From NCBI RefSeq assembly GCF_006345805.1, contig NC_043022.1:12028001-12092000 (forward strand): DNA of 64,000 nt, given 5' to 3'. The DNA comes from Octopus sinensis. Taxonomy: Eukaryota. A program made the position numbers and the translations under genes. Every line of letters starts with the position of its first letter. The first letter of the stretch is position 1. Positions 1-12,684 of the stretch are shown in pieces. Under the pieces are notes generated by a model. The model worked only from the letters and a program-made list of their open reading frames with translations. It had not been told where the DNA came from and searched no databases.

Positions 1-2510
1 CCATCACCTGTGCTTTTTATGTGGCACCATCACCTGTGCTTTAATGTGGCACCATCACCTGTGCTTTTAATGTGGACCATCACCTGTGCTTTTAATGTGG
101 CACCATCACCTGTGCTTTTAATGTGGCACCATCACCTGTGCTTTTAATGTGGCACCATCACCTGTGCTTTTAATGTGGCACCATCACCTGTGCTTTTAAT
201 GTGGCACCATCACCTGTGCTTTTAATGTGGCACCATCACCTGTGCTTTTAATGTGGGACCATCACCTGTGCTTTTAATGTGGCACCATCACCTGTGCTTT
301 TAATGTGGCACCATCACCTGTGCTTTAATGTGGCACCATCACCTGTGCTTTTAATGTGGCACCATCACCTGTGCTTTTAATGTGGCACCATCACCTGTGC
401 TTTAATGTGGCACCATCACCTGTGCTTTTTATGTGGCACCATCACCTGTGCTTTTAATGTGGCACCATCACCGTGCTTTTAATGTGGGACCATCACCTGT
501 GCTTTAATGTGGCACCATCACCTGTGCTTTTATGTGGCACCATCACCTGTGCTTTTAATGTGGCACCATCACCTGTGCTTTTAATGTGGCACCATCACCT
601 GTGCTTTTAATGTGGGACCATCACCTGTGCTTTTAATGTGGCACCATCACCTGTGCTTTTAATGTGGCACCATCACCATTGCTTTTTATGTGGCACCATC
701 ACCTGTGCTTTTAATGTGGCACATCACCTGTGCTTTTAATGTGGCACCATCACCTGTGCTTTTAATGTGGCACCATCACCTGTGCTTTTAATGTGGCACC
801 ATCACCTGTGCTTTTAATGTGGGACCATCACCTGTGCTTTTAATGTGGACCATCACCTGTGCTTTTAATGTGGCACCATCACCTGTGCTTTTAATGTGGG
901 ACATCACCTGTGCGCTTTAATGTGGCACCATCACCTGTGCTTTTAATGTGGCACCATCACCATTGCTTTTTATGTGGCACCATCACTGTGCTTTTAATGT
1001 GGCACCATCACCTGTGCTTTAATGTGGCACCATCACCTGTGCTTTTAATGTGGCACCATCACCTGTGCTTAATGTGGCACCATCACCTGTGCTTTTAATG
1101 TGGGACCATCACCTGTGCTTTTAATGTGGCACCATCACCTGTGCTTTTAATGTGGGACCATCACCTGTGCTTTTAATGTGGCACCATCACCTGTGCTTTT
1201 ATTTTTTTTTTTTTTTTTTTTTCACATTTTTTTTTTGTGTTTACCATTCACCTTTGCTTTTATGTGGCACCATCACCATTGCTTTTATGTGGCACCATCA
1301 CCTGTGCTTTTAATGTGGCACCATCACCTGTGCTTTAATGTGGCACCATCACCTGTGCTTTTAATGTGGCACCATCACCTGTGCTTTTTATGTGGCACAT
1401 CACCTGTGCTTTTAATGTGGCACCATCACCTGTGCTTTTTATGTGGCACCATCACCTGTGCTTTTAATGTGGCACCATCACCTGTGCTTTTAATGTGGGA
1501 CCATCACCTGTGCTTTAATGTGGCACCATCACCTGTGCTTTTAATGTGGCACCATCACCTGTGCTTTAATGTGGGCACCATCACCTGTGCTTTTAATGTG
1601 GCACCATCACCTGTGCTTTTAATGTGGGACCATCACCTGTGCTTTTAATGTGGCACCATCACCTGTGCTTTTAATGTGGCACATCACCATTGCTTTTTAT
1701 GTGGCACCATCACCTGTGCTTTTAATGTGGCACCATCACCTGTGCTTTTAATGTGGCACCATCACCTGTGCTTTTAATGTGGCACCATCACCTGTGCTTT
1801 TAATGTGGGACCATCACCTGTGCTTTTAATGTGGCACCATCACCTGTGCTTTTAATGTGGCACCATCACCTGTGCTTTTATGTGGCACCATCACCTGTGC
1901 TTTTAATGTGGCACCATCACTGTGCTTTTAATGTGGGACCATCACCTGTGCTTTTAATGTGGCACCATCACCTGTGCTTTTAATGTGGCACCATCACCAT
2001 TGCTTTTTATGTGGCACCATCACCTGTGCTTTTAATGTGGCACCATCACCTGTGCTTTTAATGTGGCACCATCACCTGTGCTTTTAATGTGGCACCATCA
2101 CCTGTGCTTTAATGTGGCACCATCACCTGTGCTTTTAATGTGGGACCATCACCTGTGCTTTTAATGTGGCACCATCACCTGTGCTTTTAATGTGGCACCA
2201 TCACCTGTGCTTTTAATGTGGCACCATCACCTGTGCTTTTAATGTGGCACCATCACCTGTGCTTTTAATGTGGGACCATCACCTGTGCTTTTAATGTGGC
2301 ACCATCACCTGTGCTTTTAATGTGGCACCATCACCATTGCTTTTTATGTGGCACCATCACCTGTGCTTTTAATGTGCACCATCACCTGTGCTTTTAATGT
2401 GGCACCATCACCTGTGCTTTTAATGTGGCACCATCACCTGTGCTTTTAATGTGGCACCATCACCTGTGCTTTTAATGTGGCACCATCACCTGTGCTTTTA
2501 ATGTGGCACC
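1..2510. repeat. 26-bp minisatellite, unit GGCACCATCACCTGTGCTTTTAATGT (about 96 copies, runs off the left edge)
   Basis: Directly visible tandem repeat without spacers; recurrent variants GGGACC and CACCATTGCTTTTTATG. Confidence 0.98.
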
Positions 2511-2585
2511 AGCGTCAATGCTTTTTAGATAGATTTTAAAAAAATACTCCTATTTTTGGATGGGATATTTTCCTTTTCTTTTTGT

Positions 2586-2986
2586 AGGCTCAGGAGTGGC
2601 TGTGTGGTAAGTAGCTTGCTTACCAACCACATGGTTCCGGGTTCAGTCCCACTGCGTGGCACCTTGGGCAAGTGTCTTCTACTATAGCCTCGGGCCGACC
2701 AAAGCCTTGTGAGTGGAATTGGTAGACGGAAACTGAAAGAAGCCCGTCGTATATATGTATATATATATATATATATGTGTGTGTGCGTTTGTCCCCCTAG
2801 CATTGCTTGACAACCGATGCTGGTGCGTTTATGTCCCCGTAACTTAGCGGTTCAGCAAAAGAGACCGACAGAATAAGTACTGGGCTTACAAAGAATAAGT
2901 CCTGGGGTCGAGTTGCTCGATTTAAGGCGGTGCTCCAGCATGGCCGCAGTCAAATGACTGAAACAAGTAAAAGAGAGAAAAGAGAG
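2586..2986 (+). mobile_element. tRNA-derived SINE family A (about 400 bp), full-length
   Basis: Head GGAGTGGCTGTGTGGTAAG...GGTTCAGTCCC (A/B-box-like), CTTGGGCAAGTG body motif, internal (TA)n(TG)n, tail ACTGAAACAAGTAAAAGAG; more than 15 copies in the window. Confidence 0.9.
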
Positions 2987-3215
2987 TGCAAACTGTCAAA
3001 TTTAATCCCCAAACCCTGTATATTCTATGCTGGCAAGGATTAGATGGCTTAGCAGGATGAGACTAGCATCCTGAAGGAAGTGTTGGGCTTTATAATGTCT
3101 GCAGTGACAAAGTTTCTGTATCAAGCACATATAATCTCTTATCATAATAGACATATGTGTGTATATACTGTATACCAATATCTATGTATGTATATATACA
3201 TATATATTCAGTGCA

Positions 3216-3397
3216 GGTGGCACGTAAAAAGCACCCACTACACTCACGGAGTGGTTGGCGTTAGGAAGGGCATCCAGCTGTAGAAACATTGCCAGATAAG
3301 ACTGGAGCCTGGTGCAGCCTTCTGGCTTCCCAGATCCCCAGTCGAACCGTCCAACCCATGCTAGCATGGAGAACGGACGTTAAACGATGATAATGAT
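3216..3397 (+). mobile_element. Retroposon family D fragment ending in a (GAT)n tail
   Basis: GGTGGCACGTAAAAAGCACCCACTACAC...GGACGTTAAACGATGAT. Related copies near 11040-11230 (-), 14627-14812, 38440-38670, 42100-42280 and 57703-58150 (-). Confidence 0.75.
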
Positions 3398-3854
3398 AGT
3401 GTTTGTGATTATATATATGTTTATTTTAAAGGTTACATCCAACTTGCAAGCTGTTACATCTAGGAGACAGCCTGACTGTCTTTCTCTCTAAACATATTCG
3501 TTGAAGGACTTCAGCGATGCAGTGACATCAGCTTTAAGGGTGTCAATCAATCACATCTAACCTCTTTATACTTATTCCAGTCCGATATTTATTTTATTCG
3601 TCTCAACTTGTCAAATCACTAATGTTATAAGTCATAAAAGGGACACAGTAAAAACAACTCTGATTTTTAGACTGACATATACATAAAGACAGACTGTGTA
3701 AGTGTAATTGTCATCATTTAACGTCTCTCTTTCATGCTGGCATGGGTTGGATGGCTTTACAGGAGTCAGGTAGACCAGAGAGCTGTACCAAGCCCCACTG
3801 TCTGCTTTCGCATGGTTTCTACGCTAGACAGACAGTTGGGTGACAGGACAATTG

Positions 3855-3968
3855 GGTGTTATGGTGCAGAGTCCTGTTGCCAGACTTAGGGTGTTCCAGC
3901 AGCCACCCTCTTGACCCAGAGCAGCGCAACCTCTTCCAGGCACTTGATGTAGGCCTCCGTGTTGAGTC
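3855..3968 (-). mobile_element. Tc1/mariner-superfamily transposase remnant (pseudogenised)
   Basis: Minus-strand translation LNTEAYIKCLEEVALLWVKRVAAGTP*VWQQDSAP*HP contains the QQDxAPxH motif of the catalytic domain, with in-frame stops. Confidence 0.75.
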
Positions 3969-4171
3969 CTAATATGCTAAACATAGACAAGGTGATTTGA
4001 CATCTATCTTAAGCATATTAGGAATCCACTTTAGTGGTCATTCCTCTTATTAATTGTAATATAATTTTTAAATCTTTAGATTTTTTAAAAATATGCTAGA
4101 CCAGTGGTTTAAATTGATGTTAATTGATTGACATCAATTTCTAACCTCATTATTTATATAAAAATATATAT

Positions 4172-4560
4172 AGACGCAGGAGTGGCTGTGTGGTAAGTAG
4201 CTTGCTTACCAACCACATGGTTCCGGGTTCAGTTCCACTGCGTGGCATCTTGGGCAAGTGTCTTCTGCCATAGCCCCAGGCCAACCAATGCCTTGTGAGT
4301 GGATTTGGTAGACGGAAACTGAAAGAAGCCTGTCGTATATATGTATATATATATATATGTATGTGTGTGTCTGTGTTTGTCCCCCTAGTATTGCTTGACA
4401 ACCGATGCTGGTGTGTTTACATCCCCGTCACTTAGCGGTTCGGCAAAAGAGACCGATAGAATAAGTACTGGGCTTACAAAGAATAAGTCCTGGGGTCGAT
4501 TTGCTCGACTAAAGGCGGTGCTCCAGCATGGCCACAGTCAAATGACTGAAGCAAGTAAAA
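4172..4560 (+). mobile_element. SINE family A, full-length
   Basis: Same head, body and tail as the copy at 2586; followed by an inverted partial head at about 4600-4700. Confidence 0.9.
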
Positions 4561-4766
4561 AAAAAAAAAGATACGATGAGCTTTTCCCCAGTTTTTGTCC
4601 ACCACATCCGCTGACAAGGCTTTGGTTAGCTCGAAGCACTTGTTCAAGGTTCCCCGCAGTGGGACTGAACTCAGAATCCTGTGGTTGGGAAGCAAACTTC
4701 ACATAACTACTACACAATACACCACATCAACTTGTATGCTACAAAATACAGTATTAAGCTGGTGTA

Positions 4767-6008
4767 GGGTGGTGGATTGGCAAAAACGTAAGCACGCTGC
4801 TACATTCTGAGTTCAAATTCCACCGAGGTTGACTTCACCTTTCATGTCGATAAATTCAGTACCAGTTAAATACTGGGGCCGATGTAATCGACTTGATGCC
4901 TTTGTCTGTCCTTGTTTGTCCCCTCTGTGTTTAGCCCCTTGTGGGTAATAAAGAAATAGGTATTTTGTCTGCCGCTACATTCTGAGTTCAAATTCCGCCG
5001 AGGTTGACTTCATCTTTCACGTCGATAAATTCAGTACCAGTTAAATACTGGGGCCGATGTAATCGACTTGATGCCTTTGTCTGTCCTTGTTTGTCCCCTC
5101 TGTGTTTAGCCCCTTGTGGGTAATAAAGAAATAGGTATTTTGTCTGCCGCTACATTCTGAGTTCAAATTCCGCCGAGGTTGACTTCATCTTTCACGTCGA
5201 TAAATTCAGTACCAGTTAAATACTGGGGCCGATGTAATCGACTTGATGCCTTTGTCTGTCCTTGTTTGTCCCCTCTGTGTTTAGCCCCTTGTAGGTAATA
5301 AAGAAATAGGTATTTTGTCTGCCGCTACATTCTGAGTTCAAATTCCGCCGAGGTGACTTCATCTTTCACGTCGATAAATTCAGTACCAGTTAAATACTGG
5401 GGCCGATGTAATCGACTTAATGCCTTTGTCTGTCCTTGTTTGTCCCCTCTGTGTTTAGCCCCTTGTAGGTAATAAAGAAATAGGTATTTTGTCTGCCGCT
5501 ACATTCTGAGTTCAAATTCCGCCGAGGTTGACTTCATCTTTCACGTCGATAAATTCAGTACCAGTTAAATACTGGGGCCGATGTAATCGACTTAATGCCT
5601 TTGTCTGTCCTTGTTTGTCCCCTCTGTGTTTAGCCCCTTGTGGGTAATAAAGAAATAGGTATTTTGTCTGCCGCTACATTCTGAGTTCAAATTCCACCGA
5701 GGTTGACTTCATCTTTCACGTCGATAAATTCAGTACCAGTTAAATACTGGGGCCGATGTAATCGACTTAATGCCTTTGTCTGTCCTTGTTTGTCCCCTCT
5801 GTGTTTAGCCCCTTGTGGGTAATAAAGAAATAGGTATTTTGTCTGCTGCTACATTCTGAGTTCAAATTCCGCCAAGGTCGACTTCACCTTTCATGTCGAT
5901 AAATTCAGTACCAGTTAAATACTGGGGGCCGATGTAATCGACTTAATGCCTTTGTCTGTCCTTGTTTGTCCCCTCTGCGTTTAGCCCCTAGTGGGCAATA
6001 AAGAAATA
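4767..6008 (+). repeat. Tandem array of seven 175-bp units derived from SINE family B
   Basis: TACATTCTGAG anchors at 4801, 4976, 5151, 5326, 5500, 5675 and 5850. Confidence 0.95.
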
Positions 6009-6519
6009 CTTGTAGCATTTGTTCTGGCTCTTTATGTTCTGAGTTCAAATCCCTCTGCGGCCAGCACTGCCTTTCATCCTTTCCAGTTTCATAAAATAAA
6101 ATGCTGGTTCAACATTAGAACATTAATCAACAGATCTACTCCCTTCAAATTACTGACTTTAGAGCTGTTATTAAGCTGGTGTCTAAAACACAAACCTTAC
6201 ATCAAAACTTCATGCTACTTTAGATTACTTCGAAAGAAGTTTACATTAGCCATCGAAAGAGTCAAAGCTCAAAAAAATTATAGAAATATACAACAAAAAT
6301 ATAATATGATGAAAAATATCAACTTTATCATTTTTTCTTTTCTTTTTTTTTTCGATTGTTGATTTTTTTTTTGCATAAATTTCAAAAATATTAATAATAA
6401 TAATAATATATTGTTTTATGTAGTTCAGATAACTGTTATTTTTGTTTCATTATGTAAGTTTTTCTTTTGTGTTCAGCGCAAAAGATTTTGATAAATGTAC
6501 ATGTGTATGAAAATAATAA

Positions 6520-6605
6520 AACTGATTGAAAAATGTGCACGTATATATACATGTGTGTGTATGTAATTACATACGTATGCATATATATATATGTAAATTT
6601 ATACA

Positions 6606-6645
<40 letters not shown>

Positions 6646-6972
6646 CATACATACATACACACACACATATATATATATATACATACATGTACATAGATAT
6701 GTGTGTATGTATGTACAAATATATATATATAAATTTATACATTTTTATATATATATGTATATACATATACATAGATATATGTGTGTGTATGTATGTATAT
6801 ATATATTAAAATATATGTTTTGATATATACAGATCTATTTATATATATATATATATAAATATATATACATACAGAGATGTATGTATGTATGTATGCATCT
6901 ATATAAACATATATATGCATGTTTGTTGTGTGAGTGTATGTGTGTGTGTGTATATTTATGCATATATATATG
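6520..6972. repeat. Compound (TA)n/(CA)n/(TG)n microsatellite field
   Basis: Low-complexity dinucleotide runs. Confidence 0.9.
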
Positions 6973-7071
6973 ATCTTTTGTTGAAAGCAAAGTCTCAAAC
7001 AGATATGTAATAGATTTTAATTTTTAAAAAAAAATCTTTTTTTTTTAAATTGGAAAATTTTTGTTCGGCTT

Positions 7072-7248
7072 CTAAAATTCATCATGGAAGTTTTTAGCAA
7101 TCTCTACCATTTTGCTGGAGATAAACTCAGATTCATGGTGCAAGACTTCTTGCTTGGACAGGTATTTATCATTATTATCGTCAATCATCTCGAGGATGGC
7201 CACAGCTTCATTCTTTATCTGGACTGGGTTACGAGGGTTAAGATAGTG
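7072..7248 (-). CDS. SDF4: Cab45 (45 kDa calcium-binding protein, CREC family) coding exon 6, last
   Basis: Acceptor ttccag, then HYLNPRNPVQIKNEAVAILEMIDDNNDKYLSKQEVLHHESEFISSKMVEIAKNFHDEF*. EF-hand 6 and a CREC-type HDEF terminus; 177 nt. Confidence 0.95.
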   Translation of the reverse strand, partial: HYLNPRNPVQIKNEAVAILEMIDDNNDKYLSKQEVLHHESEFISSKMVEIAKNFHDEF

Positions 7249-8015
7249 CTGGAAGAAAAGAAAACAAAAAGAAACACCATAATATATGTATCCATACACA
7301 CACATCACCATCATCATCATTGTTCGACCGTGGTCGAGACAATAATTGTAAATTCCATAGTCTTTTCAAATGGCTAATAATGTGTGCGCACGCCACTACT
7401 ACACACATTGGAAAGCATTGTACAACCAAGTACTAAAGAAGATCTTTCCTCCTCCATGAAACAAAGCTGTTCCCGCTGGACGTCAACCCAGTATTTCTAA
7501 GCTACGGACCGAGTGATTTATTGTAAGGTTATCTCCCTAGATAGATTGCCTTCACTACGGCTAAGGAGCCCTTTCTACCCCACTGACACAGGTTGTACTG
7601 GTTTACAGTTTACCAGTAGTAGGATCCGATGCTGCATACAACAGACCTGACCTGACACACACATTCCATCTTTACCTTCTGTCTCACATTCCATCAAAAT
7701 TCCTGATCTTAAATCTTTCCTCTTCCATTTACACCTTCATCTCAAACACTACCTCACTAAGTTTTGCACACACACACACCCCAAGGCACTGTTGTCTCCC
7801 CACCACCCCCAAGCTTGTTTCTTCTTCTTCAGGTTATTCCAACATGTGGTGACCATCTAACTGAGATGCTTGTTCTTTTCTTTTTATTTTTCTCTCTCCT
7901 CATCCATCCTTTCAGTGGAAGAGTACAGGCTCAGAAATTTAAAGACTTCTTCCAGTTCCTGTTTTTATTTCACCTTGCCTTCATCTTTTTTTTTTAATTC
8001 TGTACTATACATATT

Positions 8016-8404
8016 CTCTTTCTCTTTTACTTGTTTCAGTCATTTGACTGTGGCCATGCTGGAGCACCGCCTTTAGTCGAGCAAATCGACCCCGGGACGT
8101 ATTCTTTGTAAGCCCAGTACTTATTCAATCGGTCTCTTTTGCCGAACCGCTAAGTGACGGGGACGTAAACACACCAGCATCGGTTGTCAAGCAATGCTAG
8201 GGGGACAAATACAGACACACAAACATATATACACATATATACGACAGGCTTCCTTCAGTTTCCGTCTACCAAATCCACTCACAAGGCAATGGTCGGCCCG
8301 AGGCTATAGCAGAAGACACTTTTCCAAGATGCCACGCAGTAGGACTGAACCCGGAACCATGTGGTTGGTAAGCAAGCTACTTACCACACAGCCACTCCTG
8401 CGCC
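8016..8404 (-). mobile_element. SINE family A, full-length
   Basis: Reverse complement of the family A consensus. Confidence 0.9.
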
Positions 8405-8704
8405 ATAGCGTTTGTTGCCATTAACAGCTGACAAGAATGTATCACAGCTCATCGCTCTGACATTTGAAACTCCGAGTACTATAATGACAACCCTTTACTG
8501 TTTGTTCTAAATTATAACACACACACACACACATATAATATATATATATGACAGAGTGTAGGCATCTTGAGGGAAAAGTTAGGCATAAAAGGAATCAGAT
8601 GTGGTGTGTAAGAGAGATGACTGCACATGTGATGTGTATGGATGAGGGCAGCTGTGTAAAGGAGTGCTGATCTCTAACTGTGGAGGGAACCTGTGGTGGA
8701 GGTA

Positions 8705-8940
8705 TTCTGCTCAATACCACAGATTTGCTTGTCAGTTGTTTGACCATAACCAGTTGACCATGTCCCTTGGTGGCTGACGATATGTGCATCTCTGATCACG
8801 AGCAGAAGTAGTGGGGGAGCATGATAGCCATGTGTTGAGAGGGATTCTTTGGGGTTTGAATAATTCACCTCTGGAAACATGGGTGTTTCGTTCAACATTC
8901 TTAAACAACCCTTATTCAGGGGGACCTTTTGAGTGGGATG
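8705..8940. repeat. Interspersed repeat (unclassified), partial copy of the 9475-10030 element
   Basis: TTCTGCTCAATACCACAGATTTGCTTGTCAG...GGACCTTTT aligns by eye to 9585-9830 in the same orientation, on the other side of SDF4 exon 5. Confidence 0.7.
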
Positions 8941-9145
8941 GGTTACTCACACAGAAAACGATAAAGGTCTGCGATCATTGGAGACATGCTCAAGAAGACC
9001 AACCCACCTCTGCAAACATAAGCTCACTGGTGATAGCACAGTACGAAAGACACCCAAGCTGGAGCCCCACCACTGGATGCAGTTTAATAGTTGACCCCAG
9101 GACAACTTGAGACTACAACAACAGAGCAGAGGTCATTGAAGTTAC

Positions 9146-9318
9146 CTTTAATTCCACCACATCAACAATGCCATCTTTGTTGGAATCAATGTAATTCTCA
9201 AATTCATATTTTCGTTCATCTTGCCATTGGCGGTCGTCTTTAGCTTCAGTTTCAGACACGATTCCTGGGGGTAGGGCAATAAATTCATCCACTGTCAACT
9301 TCTCATTTCTGTTCTTAT
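9146..9318 (-). CDS. SDF4: Cab45 coding exon 5
   Basis: Acceptor cttcag, donor gtaac. (D)KNRNEKLTVDEFIALPPG...DSNKDGIVDVVELK carries EF-hands 4 and 5; 173 nt, phases 1/0. Confidence 0.95.
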
Positions 9319-9474
9319 CTGAAGATAGACAGACAACAACAACAATAGTAATTCATAATAATAATAATAATGATAATAATAATAATAATAATAACAGTAA
9401 TAATAATAATAACAACAGTAATAATAATAATAATGACAATAATGATGATGACGACGAATAATAATAATAAATGC

Positions 9475-10030
9475 CCTGATGCAGTACCAGGCAGTGGCTT
9501 TCATGGTTTCTGATCTTAACTGATTGGAAGTGTTATCATGTACATTGTTTTGTCTTGGTATAAAAGATGGGCTACAGCAAATATTCTGCTTAATACCACA
9601 GATTTGCTTGTCAGTTTTTTTACCTTAACCAGTTGAACATGTCCCTCAGTGGCTGATGATATGTGCATCTCTGATCATGAGCAGAAGTAGTGAGGGAGCA
9701 TTATAGCTATGTGTTGAGAGGAATTCTTTGGGGTTCGGATCATTCATCTTTGAAAACATAGGTGTTTTGTTCAACATCCTTAAACAGCTCTTATTCAGGG
9801 ACCTTTTGTGCATGATGGGTTACTCGACCTGAAGAAAATTCTAACTAGGCCCCCACCTGCAAAGTTATGCGCTGTTAATCTTGATATGAGATCACCGTGT
9901 CGTGGACATATGGTTGTGATGCATGTGCCTGGTGCACCCTTATCAGACGGGTAGTCATGATGGGTATACTGTGTTTCGTATATTTTACCCCAGTGTCACT
10001 TTGATGGCATGCACTGCTCTCTCACTCAGT
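9475..10030. repeat. Interspersed repeat of about 550 bp set in (AAT)n microsatellite (unclassified)
   Basis: Preceded by (AAT)n at 9340-9470, ends in AACAATAATAA; partial copy at 8705. Confidence 0.6.
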
Positions 10031-10319
10031 AACAACAATAATAAAAGTTTCAAATTTTGGCACAGGGCCAGCAATTTTAGGGGCAGGGATAGAGTCAATT
10101 ACATCATGACCAGTACTTTATTTCCAAGTCCTAGAACAGGCAATGCATTGTGTCCTTGAGCAATACACTTCATTTCACATTACTCCAGTCCACTTGGCTG
10201 GTAAAACTAAGTAACCCTGTAATGGACAGGCATCTTATACAAGGAAGGACATAGACACCTGGGAAACAGGCCCTTTGCTCCTTACAGAGTAATGTGGATT
10301 AACCAATGGTTTAATAATA

Positions 10320-10719
10320 CTCTTTTACTTGTTTCAGTCATTTGACTGCGGCCATGCTGGAGCACCGCCTTTAGTCGAGCAAATCGACCCCGGGACTTAT
10401 TCTTTGTAAGCCCAGTACTTATACTATCAGTCTCTTTTGCCGAACCGCTAAGTGACGGGGACGTAAACACACCAGCATCGGTTGTCAAGCAATGCTAGGG
10501 GGACAAACACAGACACACAAACATATACACACACACTTATATATACACATATATACGACAGGCTTCTTTCAGTTTCCGTCTACCAAATCCACTCACAAGG
10601 CATTGGTCGGCCCGGGGCTATAGCAGAAGACACTTGCCCAAGATGCCACGCAGTGGGACTGAACCCGGAACCATGTGGTTGTTTAGCAAGCTACTTACCA
10701 CACAGCCACTCCTGCGCCT
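10320..10719 (-). mobile_element. SINE family A, full-length
   Basis: Reverse complement of the family A consensus. Confidence 0.9.
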
Positions 10720-11915
10720 ATTAAATAATGATTATTTAATAATAATAATGATTTCTGATGCACAAAGCTAGAAATTATATTATTTTTGGGGTGGTGGAGG
10801 AAAAGGGGATGGCAACATGGTCATGGTTGAAACACCTTCAATCAGAGATCTACTGGACTAGGGGTGAACTAGATAATTGTACTCCTGGATACACTATTGA
10901 TAGGTATAAGATGGGAATGGTCAATGGTCATAGCTGGGACCTCTTTTGACCATAAGCTCTACCAAATCAGGACTAAGTTGGGGCTAACAAAGCAAAATAA
11001 CAAAGAAGGACACATTAAATACAGTACTCCTAGCTATCATCATCATCAGTTAATGTCCGTTTTTCCATGCAGGCATGGGTTGGACAGTTTGACAACAACT
11101 GGCAAGCCAGAGAGTTGCACCAAGCTCTGCTGTCTGTTTTGGCATGACTTTTTACAGCTGGATGCTCTTCCTAACACCAACCACTTTACACGGTGTACTG
11201 GGCCCTTTTTACATGGTGCCATCACCAGTAAGGCCACCAAGTAACTTGCAGGGGAAGCTCACACAAGAAAGGGTCGGGGGGTTGGGTAGTATTGAAGCAG
11301 GCAAAGAAGGTGTTTTGCATTAGGAGAGAAACATGGGTACCTTAAATGGAGAGAGAAAAGACAATATGAAATGGGATGGTCATGGCTGGGAACCTATTTG
11401 ACTATAGGTCTGCTGGAACAGGAGACTGACCCAGGGTTAAACAAGTGCAACAATAACTCTATAAGCCTTAAGCTAGCCTCCATTGTCCATGGAGGTTGAA
11501 CCTTCCTCACCAGACTAAATTAAAAGCACCCATGCTGGGCAATGTAAAGGGCACTTGTGCTGGGCCATGTAAAAAGCCCCCACTACACTCTGTAAAGTGG
11601 TTGGCATTAGGAAGCATATCCAGTCCTAGAGACCAAGCAAAATCAGACTGGAATCTGGTGTAGCTCTCCAGCTTAGGTCAAACTGTCCGATCCGTGCTTT
11701 CATGAAAAATGGACTTTAAATGATGAGGATGATGGTGATGAAAGGAGAAAGAGGATGGAGGCAGAGGAGGTGTAGATGGAAGAAAATGTGAAATATGGGG
11801 GAAGAGGAGGGAAGAAGGTGGAAGAGAAGGAGGAAGAAAGGGAGATAGAGGGGAAGGTGGAAGACGGGAAAGAAGAGGAGGAGGAAGAGGCAGAAGTGGA
11901 TGAGGAGATAGTTAC

Positions 11916-12074
11916 CAAGGCTGTTAAGAATACTCTCAGCCATCTCTAGTGTAGAGTCCTCGCGGTGCTCAGGATGACGGAACTTAAGGAATTCTTCTTT
12001 GGTCAGTTTGTTGTCCTGGGTGTCCTCATCAGCATCAAACCAACGGTTCTGGTACCTCATCAAAATGGCTCTGT
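11916..12074 (-). CDS. SDF4: Cab45 coding exon 4
   Basis: Acceptor tttcag, donor gtaac. (D)RAILMRYQNRWFDADEDTQDNKLTKEEFLKFRHPEHREDSTLEMAESILNSL has the CREC FxHPEH motif and EF-hand 3; 159 nt, phases 1/1. Confidence 0.95.
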
Positions 12075-12326
12075 CTGAAATAAAAACAGGGAAGAAGAAA
12101 AAAAGTTACAGTCTTTACACCTTGAAACTACTAAGAGTTCCACACACATATATGCCAGGATTCTTTTAGTTTCCACCTATCAAATCAATATACATGGCTT
12201 TAGTTGGCCCAGGGCTAAAGCAGAAAACATTTGCACAAGTTACCATACAGTGGGATTGAACATGAAACCACTTGGTTGAGAAGCAAGCTTCTAAATCACA
12301 CACCCAATATCTATATACATATGCAT

Positions 12327-12654
12327 GTTAAGTTAAGTTAATTTTTTGGCTTAAAAAGCAAAAAGCAAGGCCATGTAGGAGGACATGGAGTTATGTACAG
12401 GAGGGTGTTCATGCAAAGAGTTCAGGCCATTTCTGGTCAAGAGAGACTTTGAACCGAGCCGTCGTCGGCATCTTCACTATCTCGTCCGGCAGGTTATTCC
12501 ACGGATCCACAACCCGGACGGAGAAAGCCCCTCTCCTTCGATTGAGATGAAATCGTCGCAGATAGAGCTTTTCGGAGTGACCCCGCAGCCGACGCTAGGG
12601 AGCAGGAGTGAAGAACAGCTCTTTTGAGAGGCTACACTTTCCGCTTATGATGTT
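12327..12654 (-). mobile_element. CR1/L2-like LINE 3' fragment, 5'-truncated, (TTAAC)n tail
   Basis: Reverse-complement homolog of 39420-39773, including the RRLRGHSEKL coding remnant and 3' UTR. Confidence 0.85.
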
Positions 12655-12684
12655 ATATATAATCATCAACATTTTAATACTCTT

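Noticed and set aside
1198-1260. T-rich interruption in the satellite as an insertion or poly(A) retrocopy
   Set aside because: Residual satellite letters remain in register, which looks like a low-quality read segment or consensus error.
910-1648. His-rich ORFs (MWHHHLCF repeats)
   Set aside because: Translations of the 26-bp satellite with frame drift; no splice signals or coding evidence.
1-2510. CRISPR-like array of 26-bp repeats
   Set aside because: Repeats are contiguous with no unique spacers, there are no cas genes, and the context is eukaryotic; it is a minisatellite.
2525-2803. Recurrent 60-180 aa ORFs such as MLGGQTHTH.., MTTDAGVF.. and MSSNARGT..
   Set aside because: All are translations of SINE family A copies in various frames.
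6533-6998. Tyr/Ile/His-rich ORFs here and at 28819-29148
   Set aside because: Translations of (TA)n/(CA)n microsatellites.
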